NCBI RefSeq assembly: GCF_009914755.1
Contig: NC_060932.1
DNA from: the human T2T-CHM13v2.0 reference genome, Homo sapiens
DNA length: 64,000 bases
Direction: 5' to 3' (one strand)
Shown: piece after piece, positions 1 through 16,559 of the stretch
Layout of the letters: each line of letters opens with the position of its first letter
How positions within the stretch are numbered: the stretch's first letter is position 1
The notes under the pieces: generated by a model
What the model was told of the DNA's origin: nothing
Seen by the model: only the letters and a program-made list of their open reading frames with translations
The model's database searches: none
Translations under genes and position numbers: made by a program

Positions 1-366
1 CTGAACTAGACAGGCTCCATAAGGGAGAATTTTAATCAGTGAGGTACCTGGAAGGCCGAAGTCCACTCCACTGCCCTTGACAGGAGATAATGAGTCCTTT
101 GCCTCTTCTTTTGTTTTTGCATCCTCAGAACCTTCAGTTTTTGACAATTCCAGGGGCTCAGTCCATGCTTCTGAATTAAATTGCAGGACAGCCTGACCAC
201 ACAGGGTGTGAATTTTCTTTAAAAAAAAAAAAAAGAAAATAAACTATTTTTTATTCTTGGATTGACACACATTTAACAGTATCAATCAAATACATTGTAG
301 GGTGATTTTTACTTTTTAAAGAATTAAGCAGAGATCCTGGGTTACTGAAGTAAAGCCATGCACCAT

Positions 367-400
367 TGTCATAGCAGACAGACCCTGTCATAGCAGACAG
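367..400. repeat. Short direct (tandem) duplication
   Basis: TGTCATAGCAGACAG occurs at 367-381 and 386-400 (period 19 bp). Confidence 0.9.
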
Positions 401-899
401 GGCTAGAGCAGTTGTGAAACATCTGTCTTCAGATCTTCAGTCAAAAACAATGTTCATCAGTAGGGCCATTTGGGAAAGACTGTTCGAAGGGTCAGGAACT
501 GTATTGCTGTAGCTGCATTGCTATTTAATAAAAGCAAAGACAGCAGAAAGTAGCTTTTAGATGAAGTAATAATGAAAAATAAAAGCACACGTTTGGCTGG
601 ATGGGAGGCTCAGCAATGCAGCCTGTGTCACTTTCATTGACACAGAATTAAGCCATTTCTACCCACTGAGTTGGAAATAATAAGAATTATTTTTTCTCAA
701 CAAAGTCTCTTATTATGTTGTATTTGGTTTATGATCCTTCAGTGGTTCCTAAATGCTATATAACTAAGTTAAAGGAGCTTCGTGGTCTCAAAAGGACGAC
801 TACTTTCTCGTTCCAACTTCAGCATCTCCTGCCTTGGGACACCTTCATGAAGTTCCTTGTAAAAATAAGTATGCTCTTATCTGCACAACTCTTGCAGTT

Positions 900-1325
900 T
901 TAATAAAGCCTTATTGGGGTATAATTGATATATAAGATTTGCACATATTTGATACATACATTTTGATGAGTTTGGGCGTATGAATGTACCTGTGATGTCT
1001 TCAATATAATCAAGGTACTAAATATGGCCATCACCTACAAAAACTGCATTTCATTCTTTTTTTGTCTGTGTGGTAAAACACTTAAAATGGCATCAATCAT
1101 CTTTGCATATTAAGTACACAATACCATGTTATAAACTATAGACACTGTGTTCTACAGCAGATCACTAGAACTTATTCATCTCATACAAATTTAACTTTAC
1201 ACTCACTGGACAGCAACTCTCTGTTTCTCCCTCCCCCTCAGTCTCTGACAGTCACCAACAATTCTACTCTCTCCTTCTATGAACTGACTATTTTAAACAC
1301 CTCAAATAAGAAGAATCACAAAATG
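900..1325 (-). mobile_element. LINE-1 L1MA-type (L1MA8/9-like) 3' end fragment
   Basis: Antisense L1M 3'UTR motifs (ttattggggtataattgata...; ctacagcagatcactagaacttattcatct; attctactctctccttctatga). Similar to 61110-61600. Confidence 0.75.
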
Positions 1326-1539
1326 TTTAGTTCCCGAAAGTATAGTAGCCAGGACTTTACCCTCCAGACAACAGATTGCGAGAGTCTTTTCTGGGAAATA
1401 TTACCAGTTCAGGCAGAAAGGCTTACAATCACTGAAATGGTGGTTGCCAGTGAAATGGTCCAACCACATCACCTAACAGTGAGGCTCACAACCAACAAGC
1501 TCTGCTCATGTAAATATTTCTAATCATCTTTTTTACAGT

Positions 1540-3340
<1,801 letters not shown>

Positions 3341-3379
3341 CTTTGAGTACTCCATATTTTTAAATAATTTTCTGAGATA

Positions 3380-3665
3380 TAATGGTGGAGGCAGGGAGAG
3401 CAATCAGAAAGCATTTACAGTGTTTCAGGAGAGAGATCATGAAAACCTAAAGAAGAACAGAGGGCTTAGTGATGGAGAGGAAGTGGTTGACCGGAGGACC
3501 GTCTGGATGGGACACTCTGATTGCTTGTCAGTGACTGAGGACAAGAGGAAACAAGAATCATCCCTGTGTGTCAAACAAGGGAGAACAAATGCTGCTACCA
3601 GCAGAGATGGAGATCTGGACAGATTAAAGGAAACAGTGAGGGAATGATGAATGGAATTTTGGGCT
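3380..3665 (-). mobile_element. L2 fragment
   Basis: ggaggcagggagagcaatcagaaagc...tttcaggagagagatcatg...gatggagaggaagtgg is typical antisense L2. Confidence 0.55.
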
Positions 3666-3949
3666 GGTGTGTTACTTCTGGGAAAAAGGGTTGACTTCCA
3701 GTGCAAGACACAGTAGCACTCTCTTTATCCTGCAACATTGATCAGGAAAGACAGAGGTGGCTTGGACAACACCTCTCTGAGATCCTGGATGAAGAGAACA
3801 TGGAGCATAAAAGCCTGAGTTGAGTATGTTGTGAGTGAGATTTCAGTTGTGTCACATCACAGGGATTGTGCAGCTGTTATCTCAGTCTAATTGCTACATG
3901 AGGAGGATGAAATAGAGGTACTTCTCTCCAGACTTCTGAGATCATTGGT

Positions 3950-4110
3950 TCTATGACCTAGTCCAAGTGTTTTAACTTCTCTGTGACTCAATTGTTTTAC
4001 TTGGAAAATGAATGCACTGCTTAATTGTATTTCTTTGTTTTGAAGTTAGTTACTGCATGTGAAGCATTTAGAACAGTGCCTGGAGCATTATCATTGTTAT
4101 TATTATTGAC
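3950..4110 (+). mobile_element. MIR SINE fragment
   Basis: MIR core (ttaacttctctgtgactca...aaaatg) and 3' end (aagcatttagaacagtgcctgg). Confidence 0.7.
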
Positions 4111-4414
4111 ATTATGCTATTTGAACAAATATAAGTCCATGTTACAGTAGAGTAGAGTGGAAACCATGATGTGTGGAGTGGAAGCAGCTGAATTTTCAGG
4201 CAGGTGAATCAGTCTCTAGCTCAACTCCATCACTGGCTTTTGGGGGAATGTTATGCTGGGCTAGGAAAGAAACTTAACCTCTCCCTCCACCTGAAAGTGA
4301 AGGGATTCAACCAACCCCTTTCTCAAGGTCATGACTGAATGCTGCTCTCTGGCCATCATGGGATCATATGAGAGGAACAAAGTGAGAGGTACAGCTGGAG
4401 AGTACATTACCATG

Positions 4415-4836
4415 TATGTTAGTCTGTTCTCATACTGCTATAAATAAATACCTGAGACTGGGTAATTTAAAAAGAAAAGATGTTTACTTGTTTCATGGTT
4501 CTGCAGGCTGTACAGTAACCATGATGTTGGCATCTGCTTGACTTCTGGGGAGGCCTCAGGAAACTGACAATCATGACAGAAAGTGAAGGGGGAACAGATG
4601 TCTTATGTGGAGGAAACAGGAGGAACAAAAGGGAGCAACAGGGGAGGTGCCACACATTTTTAAACGACCAGATCTCACTTACCATCATGAGAACCACACC
4701 AAGGGGATAGTGCTAAACCATTCATGAGAAATCTGCCTCCATGATCCAATTACTTCCCACCAGGTTCCACCTTCAACATTGGAGATTACCATTCCACATG
4801 AGATTTGGGCCAGAGACACAGATTGAAACCTTATCA
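4415..4836 (-). mobile_element. MSTA-like MaLR solo LTR
   Basis: ttagtctgttctcatactgctataaataaatacctgagactgggtaattta...gatctgcaggctgtacag-type body, ending gagatttggg...aaaccttatca. Confidence 0.9.
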
Positions 4837-5504
4837 TGTCTTCATTCTAGGCTGGGGTGGCGGGTGGGAAGATAGACCTTGCTTGGAGATGGAGTGTGGT
4901 GTAGGTGTCCCACCAGTGTTTGGGGACAAGAGACTAAAGGCTCTGTGTTCATGCTACAAGGTCACTTGTTTTGCCAGGCTGTGAGCAGCTTGGGTACTGA
5001 GCACCCTCTCTCCCAGCTCTTTTCCATGACACGCAAAGGCCAGAGCATAAAAAGGGGGCAAAATGAAATAGGAATTTGTAACTTCTTAAGACTTGAATAT
5101 CAGTGTTCCATTTTTTTCTTTTATTAAAAAAGGCACTGAGGATAATAATGTTTTACATCGGATGCTCCTTATGTGATCTGGGGGCCTGTCCAAGCCATAA
5201 TGAACAGTTGTGAGCAACAAAGCATGCAATTATGGTTCTTGCCCTGTCAGATACATTTAAGCAGGGATTTATGGCTGTCAACCTGGCTCGGAAGTCCGCT
5301 TCTCTTCATCTTCCATCCACCAGAAAAGGTGCCATAAGCAATTCTTAGTCACTCCTCCTCCTGCCAGCCTTTGTGTTGGAGCATCATTCATTCTTCATTT
5401 ATACCTGGCACCTGTCCTGAAAGGATTTAAGTTTGCCGGCCACAACAAAAACTACAATCCTAAAAATAGCACTCTAAAGAGCTCCCACACCATTCAAACT
5501 CAAT

Positions 5505-5710
5505 AGCACTGCCTATTGAACACTTCCTTTGTGCTAGGCTATATGCTCAGTGCATTAGATACATCATCTAATTTATTTCTCAGGACATCCATGAAACAAA
5601 GATATCACCAAACTCATTTTGTGTGTAAAGAAACTGAGGATCAAAGAGACATGTTAACTGACTCAAGTTTGCATAGTTCAGGTTTGACCTTGACTCTATT
5701 CTTTCAACCT
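5505..5710 (-). mobile_element. MIR fragment
   Basis: tattgaacacttcctttgtgctaggc...cattttgtgtgtaaagaaactgagg. Confidence 0.75.
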
Positions 5711-5734
5711 CTCCTCTGTTTACATTGGATCATG

Positions 5735-5895
5735 TCCTGTGGATATGTGCTGGACTTTGGGCAAGTTAATGAGCCTATGTTTCAGTTTCTTTGTCTTTCA
5801 GTAGCCACTTCAAAGTGTATTGTGAGGATTAAATAAGTTTTAATAAAATATAAGATAGTCAACACATATAAATACTCAATAAATATTAGCCAGTA
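5735..5895 (+). mobile_element. MIR fragment (opposite orientation to its neighbour)
   Basis: gactttgggcaagtta...tcagtttct...tgtgaggattaaataag...actcaataaatattagc. Confidence 0.7.
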
Positions 5896-6615
5896 TTTCT
5901 GTTCTTCCTCCCCTTACCCCTCTGTTTCTTCCTTTCTTTCATCATTATATATATTGAGTTCTTGATTCACACCAGACCCTGGTATACATGAGACAGATTC
6001 CCCCTTCTACAAAGGCACCATTTTTTTCAGCTTTTGCCCTAGGACAGAGAAGCACTTGTTTTTCAGAGATTTGAGCAATTCAGCTTCTACTTCTGTTGAG
6101 AAAAATAAAGAAGAATTGACTGTACTAAGCATACAGAACTAGATTTTAAAAATAGTAATAGAATATCATGACATTTGTCTAATCATCCCCAATATAAAAC
6201 ACACTGCAAAATCAGATGATCTCCTGTCTGTATTTCCTGTAAAAAAATCTGTTGCATACCTTGGATAATTTTAGAAACAGAATTAGCTTTCAATTTGTTG
6301 GCACATTACTGAGGAGAAAAAAGTAAAGAAAAATGAGACATTCAAATTAAATTAGCCCCCATATTGATATTCAACCTCACTGTCGAGCACATAGTGTCCG
6401 TACACCCACAGATCCAAGAGTTAATCAAATTCCCAATAATAAAACATGTTTCTTCAGGTTGAACTGATTATTCATTAGAAAATAAAAGTGGGTGGCAGAA
6501 CCACCCAGAATCCTAAATACACTTATGCAAATAGACATATACCAGCTGCCACACTTCACTGGCTTTAGGAAATACTCTCTATTGGGGAGCCTGTTCTCTC
6601 CAAATTGGAGGCCCT

Positions 6616-6646
6616 AGTTATGAAGTTATGAAGTTATGAAGTTATG
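6616..6646. repeat. (AGTTATGA)n 8-bp tandem repeat, ~3.9 copies
   Basis: agttatga x3 + agttatg, read directly. Confidence 0.95.
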
Positions 6647-8071
6647 GCTTCTCCCCTGCCCTCAAGGCCTACACAGTGTGGTCCAGAGAAACATGGAAAA
6701 TTCTGTCACCGAGTGAACATGCTGCAATGAAAGCGTATGCCAGCCGGAATACGAGGTCAAGAGAATAAAGACATGTGCATGCTCCAGGCACGCAGGAGTC
6801 TTCTTAGTGAAGGGGATGATGCTGGAAGGAGGAAAAGAAGAGACCAGTTCGGGCAAGGAGGAGTCTTAGCTCAGCCTGCTTTCCTAAGAGCGAAGAAAAA
6901 AACTCAAAGGGTTTCTACTTGGTATGACAAATCTCCTGGGCTGCCCCCACCCTTACCTCCAATAGCAGGGAAAGAGACATTTTATTCTTTCCATTGCTTG
7001 GGGGACTTTGAATAACAAAATAATTTTGTATCTCAAAAACTTCTACTTGCCTTTCTGTGGTATGATTTTCTTTGGGACTTACCCTTTGGTTCAACAGCAT
7101 TGCTGTCTCCTTACACGTCAGCTTCCAGAGTGGGGCCATCCTTGACTTGGATATTTATATATCAAGTTGTCTCCCCGCTAAACTCACTTCTCAGTATTCC
7201 TGGATCAAGTGGCTGATCTCTTCCTCCCTGGGGAATTGTGCTCATAAAAAATTGCTGAGCTTTCAAGTTTTAAGCTCAACTGATGTCACGGGATTTACCA
7301 CCACCCATCTGAATACCTTATTTTCTCTCCCCAAAAAGTATCACCTCCTGAACTTCTAGGTCATCTAGACTCCAACCATGTTTATTCAAGCCAAGACTTA
7401 CTGCTTTCTGAGCTGATTTATGCATGGTCTTGTCTTTGATGGACCTCTTTCCTGTGTGCTCCAGTCCTGCTGTCATATCCTTCTCTGTTGCAAATTAGGT
7501 TACCAGTGCATCTAGGAAACACTACGTCACACCTTCTACTGAGTTTTTAGACAGCAATGAGGTTTGGCGTTAGTCTGTTTTCATGTCCCTCTCTGAGTCC
7601 CCGATTCTTGACCTTCTAAGGTCAAATCCACTGCTACACTTGGATGTATGAGATAATCACTTACGAGCAAAATGATTGGCTGCATGTAAGGACTAATCAC
7701 ATAAAAATACTTTAGTAACACTACTAACTTTCATCTAAAGATTGCCCTTGAAGTCCAATAATTCATCCTCTAGTTTGTGTCTCAACTAACCAATCTATTT
7801 AGATTAAAATCCTCCTCTACTTAGAGCCTCACCCCAACCCCACCTGATCAAATTTAGACATTCTCAGCTTGGTCTCTGGGAGCAAGACTGTAGTCAATGT
7901 GTCGTATTCACAGACCATCCACTGCCTATTAACACATTTATTTTTATAACTAAGAAATTTGTTCCACTGCAATACACGATTACAATGATGCCAAACTCTG
8001 AGCTTCATCATCTCCTTTTTATTTACAATTTTAACTGTATCTGTGTACAAAAATTCAAGTTTAAAAACCAC

Positions 8072-8380
8072 ATGTCTGAGTTTCTTGGGGCTGATTACGT
8101 TTTGAAATTGTTATTTTTTTAATGTTGAAGTTAAAGAATGAATATAACATATATTGCATTTACTCCCAGGGATCTGGGCTAGCAAGCACAGCAATATTGT
8201 TGACACGAACTTATGAATATTTGCAACAAGCAGAATAAGTAAAATTTATAAGAAGCCACTTGCCAGGCTACATTAGATATTGCCTCTAAATGGGAAGAGA
8301 CCAACTTAAATTGTCCCATTAGCTAGTTTCACCAAAAGCTTTTAAATTTCAAAACTGTGGCTAAGGGAATTTGGACTGTA
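8072..8380 (+). mobile_element. MER46C-like TcMar-Tigger DNA transposon relic
   Basis: cttggggctgattacgttttgaaatt...ccagggatctgggctagca...aactgtggctaagggaatttggactgta. Resembles the copy at 48300-48608. Confidence 0.6.
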
Positions 8381-8449
8381 TTAGTATCATTGTTACTGTT
8401 GGAACCATCAGTATTTTGTTGAGCTCTTTCTGTGAACGTGGACCAATCC

Positions 8450-8600
8450 ATGGACCCCTCATGAAGTGGTAGTGTTGCCATCATGCTGATGAGAATATTG
8501 AAGTTCAAAGAATGACGACGATTTCCTCACACACAAATTAACAGGCAGAGCCAAGTGTTGACCTCTGGCCTCCTTGATTCCAAAGCCACTACTCTGTGTA
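8450..8600 (-). mobile_element. MIR fragment
   Basis: gatgagaatattgaagttcaaagaa...ggcagagccaagtgttgacc...gattccaaagcc. Confidence 0.6.
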
Positions 8601-8913
8601 CTTTAAAATTGCATAATTTACACTTCTGGGAATCTTAATTTTGGGTGGTTCTCACTTTCAGAAGGTCTTTTGCCCCAAGCTACAGCTATTTCCTTAAGGC
8701 AGGGGGGTCATAGTTTTCTCTTCTGACAAAGCAATGGAGGTAAAAGTCTTTTCTAAAAGCTCATTACAGAACAACGTGTACAAATAAATCAAGTTTGCGA
8801 CTCAAGATCTGAGTACCAAAACTTCATTTAATTGATTCCTTATCTGTCTCAAACTATAAAATTTGCCAGAATATTATTATGTCCTTAGATTTTCTGTCCA
8901 GACTGCTGTTTTG

Positions 8914-9430
8914 TTCATTCATTTATTTAGCACTTATTTATTGAGTACCTAATATATGCCAGAAACTGTGTGAGGCCCTGAGCAGTGGACAACACAGACA
9001 AAATTCCTGCTTTCATGAAATTTATAGTCTAATGTGGGGAGAGGAGCAATAATTAAAATAGGTATGCGTGTGTGTATAATTCAGTGTTGAAAGGTTATGA
9101 AAAAGTTAAAGCAGGGAGGGGCATAGAGATGCTGAGGGGGTTGCAATTTTAAATAACTTATTCTTGGGAAGCCTCACTAAGAAGGAAACATTTGAAACAG
9201 CAAGAACCAAGACACCAAAGGAGAAGTGTGCATGCAGCCTGAGAAATAGTAAGGAGGCCAGCAGGGCTGAACAGAGTGAGAGGGAAAGTAACATGGGGAC
9301 AGAGAGCTGAGGAAGAACCCAGGCAGAGGTTGTCCTCTATTCTGAATGAAATAGGGGCCATTGCAAGGTTTTGAGTAGAAGGGTATCTGCAGAGACTAGA
9401 GGTGAGTGAGGGCAGAATCAGGAGGGCAGT
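8914..9430 (-). mobile_element. L2a 3' portion
   Basis: ttcattcatttatttagcacttatttattgagtacctaatatatgccag...aaattcctgctttcatgaaatttatagtcta is an antisense L2 3' end. Confidence 0.85.
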
Positions 9431-9843
9431 GGAGCGAACCTGTCCTGGAACCACCTGCTTGACTCTTTTCACCCTGCAGGCAGGTCATCGAGGGAGGTGG
9501 CCTCAAGTCTGGATCTAGAGTGAACTTTTGTGATGAGTAAGTCAAAGCGATAGATGGGAGTTAAGACTTAGATCACAGGAAAATCATTCATCATAGGAAA
9601 ATTGCTCAAAGACCCCATGTCCTAAGCACTCGTCCACAAATAGGACTCACCATGAATACCCAAGCCAGTGTTCAGAATCAGGTTTCAGTGAGATGAGAAG
9701 CAATCAGGAGCTGGAAGGCAAAACAGATCATGGGGGAAACAGCAGTGGTTATTTGCTGCATGCCTTCTGTGCCAGCTGATGCGAAGGATATTGTTGCTCT
9801 AGGATGTCTAAAAGGACCTAAGAAAAGGGAGACCCCTCCTTTC

Positions 9844-10867
<1,024 letters not shown>

Positions 10868-10974
10868 TAAGGAAAAAAAAATATGAGGTATCAGAATAAA
10901 GTCTCAAACACGTATTTTCCATTTGTTCAACAACCACAGCAGAACTAGGATAGCCACATAGTTGAAGGCAGCAG

Positions 10975-11740
10975 GAGGTTGTGGGAAAAGCACAGGTTTG
11001 AAGTCAGAATTGTGATGAGTTCTGGATCCACCATCACTGGGCAGGAGACCAAGGACAAGTGTAATAGTTAGGGTGCTCCTGACAACAGAACCAATCAGAT
11101 ATATACAGGTGTAGAAAAAAATAGAAGACTTGTTATGAGAGATTGGTTAATGTGAATACACAGGCTAGGAAGTCCCACAATCAGCAGCCTACAAGCTGGA
11201 GGCCTAGAAAAGCCACTGGTGTAGTTCCAATACAAACATGAAAGCTTGAGGACTAGGAGACTCGATCATGTAAGTGCCAGTCTGAGTCAAGACCTGAGAA
11301 ACGAGGGATGGGGGTACAAAGTCCAAGGGCAGGAGAAGATGAATGTTCGTTGAAAAGGAGAGAGTGAATTTGCCCTTTTCTCCACTGTTTTGTGCTACCT
11401 GGGTCCTCAACGGATTAGATAATGCTTATTTGCCCTGGTGACAGTGATCTTCCTTACTCCCCTACTGATTCAAATGCTTATCTCTTCCAGCAACACCCTT
11501 GCAGACATACTCAGAACTAATGTTTTACCAGCTATCTGGACATCTCTTAGCCCAGCGGAGATGACACATAAAATTAGCCCCAGAGGCTAGTTCTTTACCC
11601 TATTTGAGTCTTGATTTTCGTATATGTCTAGGGAAATCACCATCATTAGTATTTTTGAATGAACCATAATATTGCATTTCACATAAATTATTAACCCCAT
11701 GAGCTACCTTGCTGTTAATAAATGTAATCATTATTATTAA
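10975..11740 (+). mobile_element. MIR split by an MLT2 LTR insertion
   Basis: MIR 5' part (aaagcacaggtttgaagtcaga...gacc..ggacaag) stops at 11059. The core resumes after ~11585 (ctttaccctatttgagtcttgattttc). Confidence 0.55.
11060..11582 (-). mobile_element. MLT2B-like ERVL solo LTR
   Basis: tagttagggtgctcc..acagaaccaat; aagtcccacaatc..cctacaagctggaggcctagaaaagcc; tgttttaccagctatctgg; tgacacataaaatta. Confidence 0.85.
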
Positions 11741-12184
11741 TATGAGCCATTTAGCCCAGAAATCTGTTCATTATAGGAAAAGTCTTATGAGGCCACCTCT
11801 TTTTTCTTGGGAAAACCCTTAAGGCCTGAAAAATCCTTCCAACAAAATATTTTTTCCTAATAAATTATTATAAACCCTTTGACCATGAATATTTGAATGT
11901 ATTGAGTTTTATTTTTGAGAGCTTGGTTTTTCATTTTTACCTAGAAAATATTCAGTTCTGAGGTGGACATCTCTGACCACCCCAAAGAGCAGGGCATGAG
12001 TTTCTTAGATGTGTTAAGGAAGCCACAATTATGCTTTCTAAGCCTCTTTGGCATCCCTGTTAGTCACACTCCATTACTTTATACGCATGTAAATTTGTAA
12101 CCCAAAGTAGTCCACAGTTTGCTTTTATAAAGAGTAACACTGAGGCTCAGGTGTTATCTATACAATTCTATGGAGGCTGCCTTG

Positions 12185-12385
12185 TGTGTTGCAAAATGGA
12201 TGCTGCATTGAAGGCTGCGCAGACTGAATTGAAAGTCTGGCAGGTAAATTTAGTTGTGATACTATCGCTTTCTAGCATCTGAGTCAATTGCTCTCAAGGA
12301 ATTTCAATTTCCCCATTTATAAAATCAGAATAACAATACATATTGAGATGAATGTTGTGAGGACTAAATAAAAGTAAACTAAATA
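12185..12385 (+). mobile_element. MIR fragment
   Basis: tcaatttccccatttataaaatcagaataacaatac...gttgtgaggactaaataa. Confidence 0.65.
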
Positions 12386-12614
12386 TACATAAAGAGAAAC
12401 CTCCAAATATATAAAAGTATATTCAAAGGATACCTTTTAAATTAGCTCAGAAAATATAGATTATTCAATAAATAGTGTTGAGACAATTAGTTAACTATCT
12501 AGAATTACAAAATTGGATCTGTAACTCACATTATAGATGAGAATAAAATTAGGAGAAATTAAACATTTAAATATAAAAAGTAGAGAAAATATAAATATGC
12601 TAGAAAAAATTTTT

Positions 12615-13000
12615 ATTTATTCAATAAATATTTACTGAATGCCTACCACATGTTAGGAGCTTCTAAGTGCTAGGAGTGTAGTTGTGATCAAAAGAGACAA
12701 AATCACTACTTCTTATAGTCTTTATAGTGGGAAAAACAGAAAATAAACAATAAATAAATTGTGAATAAGTAATATGAGTAATTGCTATGGATAGAAATAA
12801 AGCAGAGCAAGACAACAGGGACTATTTAGGGAGACAGGTCACACTTTTAAACAAGATTATTATGGAGGTCTTTGAGGAGAAGGTGGTATTTGGGTCAATG
12901 CCTGAATGAGGTGTGAAATTGAGCCTCTACATGATTTGAAAGAAGAATGCTCCAGGCAAAAGAAAGGGAAAATACAAAAGTGCTAAGGTGGGAGAAGTAC
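12615..13000 (-). mobile_element. L2a 3' portion
   Basis: ttcaataaatatttactgaatgcctaccacatgttagg...ctaagtgctagg. Confidence 0.8.
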
Positions 13001-13705
13001 TTTATGATCCTGAAGTGTGAAAGAATTTTTAAACTATGACTCAAAATCCAGAAAAATAATCACTAATACAAAAAAAATCAAATGTTTTGCATTGTGAAAA
13101 AAATACAAATTAGAAACTAAAGGGAAAACTTTCAATTCATTTTATACACTAAGGGAAAGAATCCTTAATACACAAATAATATGAATAAAGAGTTCAGAGA
13201 AAGGTTCTTAAACCTATGGGAAGGTGCTTAGAATCACTCACCATAGACACATAGAAGTCAAAACTATCGAGTTACTATTTTTGTGTATTATATTGTCAAA
13301 TACAGTGAAGGTAGCTAATACACTCTGTTGAAAAAAAGGGTTTTGTGGAGGAAACAGACTCTTTTATATATTGCTTGTAGAAATATAGAACCCTGGATGA
13401 AAGGCCTTATCTATCAAAATTATAAATTCATATGATTTTTTATCCACAAATTCTACTTCTGGGAATTTATTTTAGAGTATAAATTCCTCATGTGTAAGAT
13501 GACTTACATATATGAATAGTCACTCCAGCATTGTTGTTACACACAGTGGAAAACTGTCTAAATGTTTATTAATAGGGCACTGATTAAATCAACTATGATA
13601 CTTTCATAGAATCAAATTCTAAGTTGTAAAAGAGAATACGAAAATTTTTCATTTGGAAATATCTCTAAAATATAGTCAATTTTTTTTTTTTAAATGTGTT
13701 TAGCA

Positions 13706-14104
<399 letters not shown>

Positions 14105-14469
14105 TTACATGTTGAGAGAGGATGGATGGAAAAGGGAGATTTTTCACTGTACCCATTTTTATACACTTTGATTCTGAACCATGTTAATATATTACTTATT
14201 CAAAATTAATTAGACTATATGATTAAGGTTAAAATGCAGCACTCAATTTATATCTTCTATTATAATTATTAATATTAAAATTGATATTAATATTAGATAT
14301 CCTGAGCTCTAGCCAGACTCTGACACAAGCTAGCAGTTTTGATTCTGGCAAATTCTAATTACTCTCTACTTTCCTAATTCATAAAATGTTCATTTATGAG
14401 GATGCTTCCTCTTTTAACATCATAGTGACAAAGAACAAACGGTCATTTGAAGAACAGTATGGCATAAGC

Positions 14470-14690
14470 TGGGACTTTTAAAATTATCTCCATTTCTCTC
14501 ACATAATGTATATTCTCTCATATCACAATAGTAATGTGAAGTATTTCTTTTTCTCCATTTCAGAGATGAGAAATTTGCAATGTAGAGCACTTCAGCAGTT
14601 TGCTCATAGTCACAAGTCCCAGTGGTGTTACGACCGGGACATGCACCTGTGTCCCCTGTGATTCCAAAGCTTGCGGTATTACCACTATCT
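14470..14690 (-). mobile_element. MIR fragment
   Basis: ctccatttcagagatgagaaattt...tttgctcatagtcaca...gattccaaagc. Confidence 0.7.
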
Positions 14691-15293
14691 GAGAAATGCT
14701 TTCTATCTTAAAAGTATCTGATGAATAAGAGGCCGGCACTGAGTTGAAGATAAGGGCCACAGTTGTAGGCTTTGTTCTTTTGTTAGTCCTGCTCAAATTA
14801 GAAGACTGAAAATGGTCAGGATAAGTGAGACCTGCTAGGTCTCTGTGCCACTTTATTGGTTATGCCAATTTGTTGACCAGGGCAATAGAGCTCACATTTG
14901 CCGTTGAATAGCATATGGATTTAGTTTTTCTTTCTTGAATCAAATAGCTCCTACTGCTGTATTCCTTGGGTCTGGAAGTCATTTCATATTGGTCCAATGT
15001 TTGCCATTACATTCTTGGAATCTTGTTTATAGGGCTACAATGGATTAGCTAGAAACAGGGCCTTCAGGATGGGAATGAACTAGACAAGCAATTTATGTGC
15101 AGAGAAAATTGTTGAAATGCAATGGATGAATGTGAAATGTAATTAACAGGGAAAAATGAAATCAGAGCTAGATAATTAGTTCCATGGATTAGATTTGAAG
15201 AAGCACATAGATTACGGTGGAGGATGAAAACAAAAGGTCAGGGTCCGAAAATCATAAAGAGACCAGGAATAAGGGAACTTGATCACATCTGTT

Positions 15294-15313
15294 TGTTGTT
15301 GTTGTTGTTGTTG
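15294..15313. repeat. (TTG)n microsatellite
   Basis: tgttgttgttgttgttgttg. Confidence 0.85.
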
Positions 15314-16559
15314 ATGTTCGTTTGTTTTTACTTTCTTTGGTACTGATCATATGTTGTGTCCTGAGCTTGCTAGTCCTAAGGTAAAGATTAGACTACTAGA
15401 GTACTTCCAAATGTATCTCTCTCCTGGATTTGTCCATTTCTGATTCACTTCTGTCTAGTGTAACAGTCAGTTACCTTCATGTCTTGCAACCAACCCTACA
15501 CAGTCAATGAAAAGAAAGACAAGAATGAAAAAATTCAAAAAAGTGAGACCAGGTTTAGACCTTAGGGTTGAAATCGGTGGAAAAGAACTAGAATTGTACA
15601 TAGAATAGACCCAGACTGGATATCAAGCTTCCTGTCCCTTTGCCAACATTATAAGCCAAGGTCCATAACACAGTGAAATATAAGGCTGTAATACCAAGGC
15701 CAATTTCCAGGCCTCAAAGAGCAGCAAAGTCCATAAGAGCAGAAGTCAGTGGAAGGTTTATGATGTGACTAAACTCAATGACTTATGCATAGATTTGCAA
15801 GAGTTTATGTCAAATTCAGCATCAGCCCCAGAGGCTGCATGGGTGAGAAACTGATCCAAAATTGAGCTGACTGCCATCTTCCTCCTTCTCCTGCCTCCTC
15901 AGGTATCCTTAGTCCAGTTGGTGGCTCTCCTATCCATTCAGTCATCCCACCAGCTAGTTGGGGTTCCTTCTCTGTTTCCAGTTGCTCCTTTGTGTTGCAC
16001 ATCCCATATATCCCCATGCCCACCTGACTTCACCTCACATATGCTTTTTCTAACAGCTTTACCGTCCTTATCCACATCCCCACTATTCAGGCTCTTACAA
16101 TAACCTCCAAGGTGACTGCAATTGTCTCTCGATGGGTCTCCCTATGTCCAGGGTCTCCCTTTTTCTAACTTTTGCTTGCTCATTGATTTTAGAGGAATCC
16201 AGTAAAGATGTAGATACAGACTGGTTAAAATCTTTAAGGCTATCAATGCCCTAAAATGTTGTTTTTTTACTCTTTCTTAACCTGCCCCTTTCTACAAAGC
16301 CTTATCATACATATAAATATCCTGAAAAACGCATGTCACATGGTAAGCACACAATAAATGTTAGCTTCCTTCTACTTCAAATTACTAACTACTCAAGATT
16401 TTGTGTTTCACTTTCTGTAAAATTTGTGTTATGAAAACAATAGATACGTTGAATATGCTTTTTAAAATTACACTCCATTTCCCCACTCCAGATTCTTCCT
16501 ATATATTTCTATCACCATCAGCTCCTCACGTGCTCGTATTATAGATTCCAGGAATAGAC

